IMG/VR virus record: IMGVR_UViG_3300035428_000130
Location: 1 to 64,000 of that record
Source of the DNA: a virus
Taxonomy: Duplodnaviria > Caudoviricetes
Strand: one strand, 5' to 3'
DNA length: 64,000 nucleotides
Numbering within the stretch: position 1 is the first letter of the stretch; each line of letters starts with the position of its first letter. Made by a program: the position numbers and the translations under genes. The notes under the pieces are model-generated. The model ran no database searches and was not told the origin of the DNA. It worked only from the letters and a program-made list of their open reading frames with translations. Of the stretch, positions 56,575 to 64,000 are shown one piece after another.

Positions 56575-56919
56575 ATGGATTCAATTATCTACGTTCGGAT
56601 CAAAGAACTATGCGCAGCTAAGGGAATAACCTTGGCAAAACTGGAAGAAGATACTGGGCTAAGCTCTTCTATCATACGGAAGTGGAAAAACAACACCTCA
56701 CCATCCATTGATAAAGTGAAAGTAATTGCCGAATACTTCAATGTTTCCACCGATTACTTGGTTGGCCGATCTGATATATCCACTCCCGCAGAAGATTTGA
56801 TCGGAGATGAGGATTTTGTTTCCCTCCAGCGAGCCAAGTCACGCATGTCACCCCAAGACCGTGATAGAATGATGCGCATGTTGAAATTGGGATTTGAATA
56901 TGCGTTCCGCACAGAATGA
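56575..56919 (+). CDS. XRE-family HTH repressor (ImmR/CI-like)
   Basis: GITLAKLEE..GLS...IRKWK...PSIDK...IAEYFNVSTDYLVG. Confidence 0.9.
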   Translation: MDSIIYVRIKELCAAKGITLAKLEEDTGLSSSIIRKWKNNTSPSIDKVKVIAEYFNVSTDYLVGRSDISTPAEDLIGDEDFVSLQRAKSRMSPQDRDRMMRMLKLGFEYAFRTE

Positions 56920-56975
56920 AGTCCGTTTTATAGGACAATATACCGTGTATAATAGGCCATAACTGGAGGTGCAGC

Positions 56976-57584
56976 ATGGTCAGATATCCCTATATCTATA
57001 ATCAAGTCTTACAGATTTACAAAGGGCTATCCAACATCCAATTCCCGATAGAGCCATGTGATATTGTTTCAGCCATTCCTAACTGCAAAGCTTTAACTTA
57101 TCGTGAATTTGCGGAAGCAACCGACTGTTCCATTCGGGATGTTGTTCTGTTGTGTGAGAGTACGTCGGGATGTACTCACTACGATGTAACCAGAGATCGG
57201 TACTTAATCCTTTGGAATTCAGACAGCGAAGGACACAATGTAGCAGGACGAAAGCGCTGGACAAAGGCTCATGAGCTGGGCCATGTTATTTTGAAACATC
57301 TTCCTCTTGTTGCGGAACCAATGCTGGCGGAGAATGGATTTAACAACCTGTCCGCCCCAGACCTGGAGACTGAGGCGGATCAGTTTGCCGCCACTCTACT
57401 ATGCCCCATGCCACTATATACATCCCTTGGAATCTCATCCTCGTTCGATATACAGCGTGTATTTGGCTTATCTACTGAAGCCTCCACGAATCGTTGGGCA
57501 GAGTATCAGCGCTGGGTACGCTATCACAGGAAAACAGCCTGGGAAAACGACATGAAGCGAGTCTACCAACAAAAGAAGATTTAG
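56976..57584 (+). CDS. ImmA/IrrE-family metallopeptidase (antirepressor)
   Basis: RKRWTKAHELGH, ETEADQFAATLLCP. Confidence 0.9.
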   Translation: MVRYPYIYNQVLQIYKGLSNIQFPIEPCDIVSAIPNCKALTYREFAEATDCSIRDVVLLCESTSGCTHYDVTRDRYLILWNSDSEGHNVAGRKRWTKAHELGHVILKHLPLVAEPMLAENGFNNLSAPDLETEADQFAATLLCPMPLYTSLGISSSFDIQRVFGLSTEASTNRWAEYQRWVRYHRKTAWENDMKRVYQQKKI

Positions 57585-57923
57585 ATTGAGTCCTCTGCTT
57601 TCTCGCAGGGGACTTTTTCTATTCCATAGGAACAGAAGTGAGTCGGCGGAACCATCGTGATATGAGATGGTGCATCTACAAAACACATGCCTCCGCCCAG
57701 AAGCGCTACCTGACCTTCCACCGAAATGTAATGCTTGCAGTTGGAACAGAAAACAATTTTTGTCTCTTCCATCACGCTACCTCCTTGAAGTCGTTCTCGA
57801 TTTCTCGCTTGGCCTCAGCGATTGTGTCAGCAGAACACATAAAGTTTCCAGCCGAGTCACGAACCTCCACATGGCCGTTGCGGTACTCAATACTATACTC
57901 CATAGCGACACCTCCCCATAAAA

Positions 57924-57940
57924 ATGAATTAGTTAATTTC
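57924..57940. promoter_or_regulatory. Repeated AT-rich motif, copy 8
   Basis: ATGAATTAGTTAATTTC upstream of an RBS. Confidence 0.65.
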
Positions 57941-57996
57941 TTTTCAAATCAAAAAAATTCTTCCCTTTTATATCTACCCATCCGGCTCAATCTTTG

Positions 57997-60900
57997 CTAA
58001 CCGTCGCTGTCAATAAATTGCTGGCCCCATCTGATCTGGAAATGCCCTTCGTCATCTTCTTCCCGGCTCATCAGCAAAGAGAGCAAATCGTAGTTCACTC
58101 CGAATTTCTCATATATTTCATCCATGCTGGCATCCTGACCACGCATGAACAAATTGAGCCGTTCCTTGGCAAGAACCATCTGCATTAAATTGGACTCTAT
58201 GCTTCCAGCGTGTGTGACGAAGTATATATCCTTCCAATGCTCAGAGTTGAACCGAACAAAGCGCATATAGAACTGGCTCATACGGGAATTATTGTAATGC
58301 AACTCAGGAATGATTACCTTGTTGACATACTCAAAGTTTACGCTACTGGGCAAACTCTGCTGCGTACAGAGTAGAATCCCGTTTTTACTTTTCCGTAGGG
58401 TTTTCCGTAGGGCGCGACGCTTCGCAAGAGACATGGTTGCTCCTGTTACCACAAACAATTTTCGATCTGGCATAGCCTCCCGAATAGCCGTAGCAAACGC
58501 ATCCACAACAACCTTGTGCCGCACCCCAATAGCTACGATTTCATCACTCCACTCTTGGGCCATGTTAATGACCGTTGCAATTTTTGTAGGCAACTCTCCA
58601 GTATATTCCCGAACAGTATTAGGGGCAGCACTAATGCGCAAGAGCAAAGTAATCTGCTGAATCAGCCGCATCATGGCATCCTTGCGAGAATTGCCTGTTG
58701 AAGCGAAATAGTTGTCTCGCATTTCATGGAACTTTTCAATTGCCATAGTATATACAGCTCGCTCCTGCGGAGAAAACTGAATCGGAACCTGATGAATACG
58801 GCGAATCTCTTTGCCTACAATTTCTTTGAAGGTGCGGGTTATTACAAGCCGTTTGAGAATGTTACTCAACTCTTCCGCATTGTAGATATCCTGCGTTTTC
58901 TGTCCAACACCAAACACCGTGATTTTCTCAGGCAAATGGGACTCCGCAAAAAGCTTATAGCCACGCTGGTAAGCGGGGATAGGCTGTCCATAGTACAGGT
59001 TGTCATACGAGTGTAGGCCGGCCTCCAAGATATTTTTCTTCTTATTGACTTCCTCATAGCGATAAATCTCTCTGCACCAGGAAATCATGTTGACCGAATT
59101 GTTGTAGGCAAGCTCCAGTTGGGGAGCAAACTCACTGATATTATTGCGGGTACTGGTGCCGGTCATGAGAAGCTTGTACTTGCAACGGCGGAAACAATTG
59201 AGAGCCGCCTTTGAACGGATGCTGTATGGATTCGTCATTTCATCGCTTTCATCAAAGACAAGAGCAACTTTTTGATTATGCTGACGTATCCACTGTTTAA
59301 TCTGCCTCTGATACTTGCCCAGCTTGTTCATGGTAGTAAGAACAAAATCTCCAGGCTTGATCCGTTCCAAATCAGACAGGCTATTGACCATAACATAACT
59401 TAGCCCACAATCTTCAAGAGCTGTATCCCAATCCTCCTTCCGATCATGCTGTGTGTAGTTCGGCAAAACCAAATCCCAGTTGTTCTTGATAGAAATAGCG
59501 GGAGAAATTACCCACGTACAAACTGCGTTGCCCTTTTGCATCCGATATAAGCCAGTTGCAATTCCGGCCAAAGTTTTGCCGCTGCCCTGTTCCCACTGAA
59601 GAAGCGAATACCGCTTTTGGAGTGTTACATTGATATCCCGCTTCTGTTTGTCATTCAGTAAAATATCTTCCTCATTCTCACTGTCAAACAAAACAAAGTT
59701 GTTCAGCCAAGCGGAAATCTGTTCGTCTTCTTTCATCTCCGCAAATACCTGTTGCTCAATCTGGTATTCACGTTGACGGCGGCGAATCATCCTGGCATAT
59801 GGGCCATACCTGTTGGGATCGTCCATGTCGCTTACAATTTGATAAATCGGAATGGGCATCTTCCCAGTTTCCGTCAAGCGACGAGCTGCTTTCGGGCTAT
59901 ACGCCTTATATACTAAGGCGTAGTCTTGCTTTACCAGCCTCACTTCATCTCTCAACGGCTTCGGATGCTGCTTTCTCACTGTATTCCGCAGATAAGCAAG
60001 CACCTTTGCCTCCGTGATTCGCCGCTTGCTCCACTCTTCATAGGACATACCTTCGGGCTGTTTCTGCGTATAATATTTACTCAAATACTCACAGCATTTG
60101 ACATACTTTTCTCGGATAGCTGGATTGCTTTTAATGTGAAACAAATACTTCTTAACCTGATACAGAAACTCATGCGAAGAATGATCGTCTCTGGCAAGCT
60201 CCAGCAAAATATGAGACTTATTTTTCCGCAACATCTCCTGGGCATCGGCCAATACCGCAGTCTGTATGTATTTCACATCCGCCTTGTCACTGGGCGAAAC
60301 CTCCACCGATAAATCGGCGCTGTAAGGGCTTGCTTTCCAGCCATCCATTTCACTGTTCTTCTGCCAGAACTGGATTTTGGTGGGAAAGGAGCTTACACCC
60401 AAATGCTTAAAGGTATCGTCGGCAATGGAGAACTGTCCAAGAAAACTGAAATGCTTTTCCATCTCCTTAATCAATCCACCATCCGAAAAATCGTCGGCCA
60501 AAAATGAGCGGGGAACCACCAGCGCCATAATTCCCATAGGCTTCAACAACTCCGCCGCTTTCTGGCAGTAGTAAAGCTGGGAAAGTATTTGCGCTCCGTC
60601 CACCCACCACCGCAGATTAAACGGAGGATTGCCCACGATATAATCCATCTTGATCCCAGGATTATAAGTGCGAATATCCCCACAAACAAGATTTGCTTTA
60701 GGGAACAAATAGTGAGCTACCTTATAGGCTTTGACATCCAGCTCACAGCCATATACGTTGGCCTCAACAGGACAATGGTTAAAGAAACCGCCCATCCCAC
60801 AGGTCAGATCGGCTACCACATCTTGATCGGAGACAGCAAGACACTCCATAATGAACTGGCATACACTGTCTGGTGTGAAGAACTGCCCATTCTCAATCTC

Positions 60901-61110
60901 CTTTTTGGCAGAAGAAAACTCCGCATAGCTATCGTAGTCCTGAAATTTCAGGCCATGTAATCCGCCATCACCAGTATAGGCATTGTAGATGTCTTCTGCG
61001 GTAATCCCAGAGGACTCCGCAAGATCATTGTCGATGAGATAAAGAATTTTGTTATTGAGTTCCTGTCGGCTCTCCTGCGGGATGCTTTGCCCAGAGAATT
61101 GGTACTTCAT
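57997..61110 (-). CDS. N6-adenine MTase fused to an SF2 helicase (DarB-like architecture)
   Basis: GQFFTP, DLTCGMG, NPPF; QGSGKT, DESD, TGT, Q...R..R. Confidence 0.85.
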   Translation of the reverse strand: MKYQFSGQSIPQESRQELNNKILYLIDNDLAESSGITAEDIYNAYTGDGGLHGLKFQDYDSYAEFSSAKKEIENGQFFTPDSVCQFIMECLAVSDQDVVADLTCGMGGFFNHCPVEANVYGCELDVKAYKVAHYLFPKANLVCGDIRTYNPGIKMDYIVGNPPFNLRWWVDGAQILSQLYYCQKAAELLKPMGIMALVVPRSFLADDFSDGGLIKEMEKHFSFLGQFSIADDTFKHLGVSSFPTKIQFWQKNSEMDGWKASPYSADLSVEVSPSDKADVKYIQTAVLADAQEMLRKNKSHILLELARDDHSSHEFLYQVKKYLFHIKSNPAIREKYVKCCEYLSKYYTQKQPEGMSYEEWSKRRITEAKVLAYLRNTVRKQHPKPLRDEVRLVKQDYALVYKAYSPKAARRLTETGKMPIPIYQIVSDMDDPNRYGPYARMIRRRQREYQIEQQVFAEMKEDEQISAWLNNFVLFDSENEEDILLNDKQKRDINVTLQKRYSLLQWEQGSGKTLAGIATGLYRMQKGNAVCTWVISPAISIKNNWDLVLPNYTQHDRKEDWDTALEDCGLSYVMVNSLSDLERIKPGDFVLTTMNKLGKYQRQIKQWIRQHNQKVALVFDESDEMTNPYSIRSKAALNCFRRCKYKLLMTGTSTRNNISEFAPQLELAYNNSVNMISWCREIYRYEEVNKKKNILEAGLHSYDNLYYGQPIPAYQRGYKLFAESHLPEKITVFGVGQKTQDIYNAEELSNILKRLVITRTFKEIVGKEIRRIHQVPIQFSPQERAVYTMAIEKFHEMRDNYFASTGNSRKDAMMRLIQQITLLLRISAAPNTVREYTGELPTKIATVINMAQEWSDEIVAIGVRHKVVVDAFATAIREAMPDRKLFVVTGATMSLAKRRALRKTLRKSKNGILLCTQQSLPSSVNFEYVNKVIIPELHYNNSRMSQFYMRFVRFNSEHWKDIYFVTHAGSIESNLMQMVLAKERLNLFMRGQDASMDEIYEKFGVNYDLLSLLMSREEDDEGHFQIRWGQQFIDSDG

Positions 61111-61152
61111 AAGTTCACCTCCAATATATCTACCCGCAGAAAATCGGTTTTA

Positions 61153-61572
61153 CTAACCGGCAATTGCGGTATTTTTTCGTTCTGCAAGCGTTCGTTGCCA
61201 CGCTTGGTATCTCTCACCGTCTACACCTTGCCATTCTCCAGCATCGTGCATCCACTGGTATAAGTCTGCGTTCGCAGCCTCCACAGTTGCAGCAAAATAG
61301 CACCAGCACTCATAGACTGAATTATGAGAGGCGTATATCCGTTTAGCAAAGCGACCACATGAACAGAACATGCCGACCCAATTGAGATGACCACGCATAA
61401 ACGCAACAATATCGGCCTCCGTAACAGTTTTATCAAACTCAATCCAAAACATAGATAGGTTTGTTTTGTTGTGCCCGTGACAGGACATGAGTGTAGGCAG
61501 GCCGTTAGCGTTGAAAAACTGTACGAGCGGGATTACCTTTTCATCCAGCTCTGCCTCTATATATTGGCTCAT
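61153..61572 (-). CDS. Hypothetical protein
   Basis: LDEKVIPLV..FN..GLPT..SCHGH; GGAGG RBS. Confidence 0.6.
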   Translation of the reverse strand: MSQYIEAELDEKVIPLVQFFNANGLPTLMSCHGHNKTNLSMFWIEFDKTVTEADIVAFMRGHLNWVGMFCSCGRFAKRIYASHNSVYECWCYFAATVEAANADLYQWMHDAGEWQGVDGERYQAWQRTLAERKNTAIAG

Positions 61573-61576
61573 TTCA

Positions 61577-61849
61577 TCATCCTCCGTAGCAATCAAATTC
61601 CCGTATAGGAATCCACCAAATGTCGTAGTGTCTCCGTAAGCGTGTGGGGTTGTCCACCCCTCTTGTTCCATGCCACCAAAGCTTCTTGCTTTTAGGATTC
61701 ATGCTCTCCGTTTCAAAGGTGCCAATATCATAACGAGCAGTACCAAAAAATCTGGCCGCACAATTTGTAGGCTCCATCCGTAACGCCACCAGCATTCCAA
61801 CCCTGGGGCATAGAGTTTTTCTTCGCAAATCCAGCCGAGTCCAATTCAT
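61577..61849 (-). CDS. Hypothetical protein
   Basis: GGAGG RBS. Confidence 0.55.
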   Translation of the reverse strand: MNWTRLDLRRKTLCPRVGMLVALRMEPTNCAARFFGTARYDIGTFETESMNPKSKKLWWHGTRGVDNPTRLRRHYDIWWIPIREFDCYGG

Positions 61850-62133
61850 GATGACACCTCCTATTTCAGATTTTTGGAGGGAGGCTTTTACGGAGTCCTC
61901 CCAGAACCGTTTACTGATTGAGCGGGCACCAATCGGGAATCTGACACTCAGCCCGTTTCATATATGGCCGACAGGCGCAGGTGATAGTACGATTTGTACC
62001 GTCCTCGGTCTGAATCTGTGTACAGACTACCCTTTCGTCATCATCGCAGAACCAATCATCTGGGTCGGGATCGGGCTGCACCAAATGGTGCGGACAATCC
62101 ATGCAATTGTCAATTTTCAGCATCGCTTCCATG

Positions 62134-62469
62134 TTATTCACCTCTGATCCTACAATAAATCGGGTCTTTTCCCCGTTCCACGTTCTCGCCGCAGAAGCAA
62201 TGGCCGCAATACTGCCAAATGCCGTTCGGCCATTTACCAGCCACCTTTTTGAATGTAGCATAGACAGGTCGCCACTTCTTGGTGTCAGGATCTTCCCGAT
62301 GGGAATAGGGTTCTCCCATCTGAGAGCAGTCAGCCCGCATACAAGCGGGCGGCAAACAATCCATAGCATCATCCACCACGGCCTGTTCCACCAAATCGCC
62401 AATCTGCGCCTCGGAGTAAGAAAAAGTGTCCTGAGTGAAAACTTCCTTGCCGTTGTACATCATATTCAT
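62134..62469 (-). CDS. Hypothetical protein
   Basis: CLPP...QMGEPYSH...YATF; RBS. Confidence 0.65.
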   Translation of the reverse strand: MNMMYNGKEVFTQDTFSYSEAQIGDLVEQAVVDDAMDCLPPACMRADCSQMGEPYSHREDPDTKKWRPVYATFKKVAGKWPNGIWQYCGHCFCGENVERGKDPIYCRIRGE

Positions 62470-62708
62470 TCCTCCAAATGATAGGTTTTAATAAGCCATT
62501 CGTTAAACGGCTCGTGTTCCTCTGGTTGCATCATCGCCATTCGGTATCCATTAGGAGACACCATATAATTTGGCACTCGTTCAGTCTCTTCACAGAAACG
62601 GAAATATTGCTCATTAAGCCAAATCGGTGCCTCTCCCCATGAGGTATCTCCAGTAGCTTTCACATACATTTGATAGCGTGTCAAAAAGTATCCCTCCAAT
62701 TTAACCAT
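62466..62708 (-). CDS. Hypothetical protein
   Basis: RBS, packed ORF. Confidence 0.55.
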   Translation of the reverse strand: MVKLEGYFLTRYQMYVKATGDTSWGEAPIWLNEQYFRFCEETERVPNYMVSPNGYRMAMMQPEEHEPFNEWLIKTYHLEE

Positions 62709-62787
62709 CCTCCCCGTATAGCCGATAGGTCAGCTCCCCTTTTATCTACCCACGGTCAGCCACATTTGCTAACTGTGTATAGAAATT

Positions 62788-63801
62788 TTAGAACATCAGA
62801 ATTTCACTGGAATCATTATCCGAGCTGTCAACAAGGCTCTGCATGGTCTGCTGTCTGGCCCGCACTGCACCAGGCTTCGCACTTCCAGCGGCCACAGACT
62901 TGTTGTAGTCCTCAGAGGTGGTCGGGTTCCCGTTGAAGAAATCCTTCATGGTGCTGTTAATCTCGTCCTGAGACTTGCCGGCCCGAATCGCCAAGTAGCA
63001 GTAATAGGCACAGCTAATGAAATGGGTTCTGGCCTTAACCGTCTTCATCACCTTTTTGTCATCCAGTCCAAGCGAATTGGCAAACAGGTTATAGGCATCC
63101 AGCCCAGCCTTGACATCTTCCATAACCTGATCGTCAATCTCAACGGCCTTAGACCAATCGCGGAAAGCCTTGGTGGAGAAGTCGGGGTTTTCCATGGTGA
63201 CAAGATGATAGAGCTGCATGGCAATCATCTCATCAGTGAAGCGCTTCTTGCCAGTAGCCGTGACCACAGACTGAATCGCATCGTGTTTGGCAAGCTCCTG
63301 GAAAGCCGTGAGGCTGGGCGTGTTCACCCGTGTCAGCTCGATAGCAGACAGAGGCTTGCCATTGTTCAGCCTACGGAAGAACTCGCGGATTTCCTGCTCC
63401 GTCATGCCGTCGTAGTAATAGATCGTAAGGCTGAAATCCTTGATACGATCCTGCGCCCACTCAGGCAGTTGAGAGTAGGACATGCCAGTGAAGTTCTCTT
63501 CGTTGCCGTCATCGTCCATCACGAGCGGCGTGTCCATGGTCAGGCAAAACTCGTCGTTCATATATTCGCTGATAGCGTTGGAGCGCTGCTTGCCGTCCAA
63601 GCTGTCATACACGCCGTTCTCGTCTCTGGTGAAGTACATGGCGGGAATGGCAAACCCGTAAAGCATACTATGAATCAGGAGAGACTTCTTGCTGTCATCC
63701 CAGACAAGGCTCCGCTGCACAGCGTTGTCGAAGTTGACGGCCCCTTTCTTCATCTGATTGCACAGGGTCTTTGCCGTCCAGTTAATGTTGAATCTCTGCA
63801 T
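62788..63801 (-). CDS. DUF262 (ParB-like/GmrSD N-terminal) domain protein
   Basis: QRSLVW, LIHSML..IP, DGKQR, FRRLNNGKPLS..E. Confidence 0.88.
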   Translation of the reverse strand: MQRFNINWTAKTLCNQMKKGAVNFDNAVQRSLVWDDSKKSLLIHSMLYGFAIPAMYFTRDENGVYDSLDGKQRSNAISEYMNDEFCLTMDTPLVMDDDGNEENFTGMSYSQLPEWAQDRIKDFSLTIYYYDGMTEQEIREFFRRLNNGKPLSAIELTRVNTPSLTAFQELAKHDAIQSVVTATGKKRFTDEMIAMQLYHLVTMENPDFSTKAFRDWSKAVEIDDQVMEDVKAGLDAYNLFANSLGLDDKKVMKTVKARTHFISCAYYCYLAIRAGKSQDEINSTMKDFFNGNPTTSEDYNKSVAAGSAKPGAVRARQQTMQSLVDSSDNDSSEILMF

Positions 63802-64000
63802 GATATTTTCTCCTTCCTAAATTAAACTTCTGTTCCAAGGTACTCTTCTGCGAATTGACGGGCATACGCCTCGCTGGTAAACTTGACATCAACACGGCCA
63901 TTCCTTGAAACACCGAATTTGTTTAATTTTCTCCCAGCCGCACTCAAAGGAATTACCCTCAAATGTATAGCCGCATAGCTCAGAGAAGCCACTGCCCAAA

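Larger units (their letters stand above)
48..64000 (-). mobile_element. Large temperate phage/prophage arm (early/replication region), continuing beyond the right edge
   Basis: Terminal serine integrase, co-oriented dense small genes, phage-type replisome, RNR, ThyX, tRNAs, ImmR/ImmA switch; no host housekeeping operon structure. Confidence 0.85.

Noticed and set aside
63822-64000. Partial - strand gene at the right edge with a possible frameshift near 63903 (CFK/NGRVDVKF)
   Set aside because: It is truncated by the window and both frames are open here, so the frameshift cannot be established.

Overview
This window looks like the integrase-proximal arm of a large temperate phage or prophage of a Firmicutes (probably Clostridia) host, with an SPbeta-like layout. 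Almost all genes are on the - strand and I see no virion structural genes. From left to right it carries: a large serine recombinase; nucleotide-metabolism genes (folD, CYTH-dUTPase, nrdDG, thyX); a replisome (DnaE, primase-helicase, SSB, ERF); several DNA methyltransferases; a four-gene NAD cluster; a radical SAM/LemA region; a PurA-like/vWA module; an ABC/PspA/OmpA operon interrupted by a 258-bp IS21-like MITE; a DUF2828 (TROVE/Ro60-like) gene next to a tRNA/ncRNA array that contains a complete DGR; an MrpR-like protein; an ImmR/ImmA switch; a DarB-like MTase-helicase; and a DUF262 protein. The strongest candidates for undescribed biology are four. (1) Nine small RNAs share a helix + NN-ACAGCAA module next to the Ro60-like gene, five of them grafted into tRNA scaffolds. 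(2) Five otherwise unrelated proteins share an MKxRxD(F/Y)xTNSSSSS(Y/F) leader beside an atypical radical SAM/SPASM enzyme. (3) A PncA-Prs-Nampt-like-NadE cluster lacks an adenylyltransferase, suggesting a nicotinate-routed NAD+ reconstitution pathway. (4) Poly-G/C tracts are concentrated in methyltransferase genes, and one selects between TRDs encoded in overlapping frames. All family assignments come from motif recognition by eye; no database searches were run.
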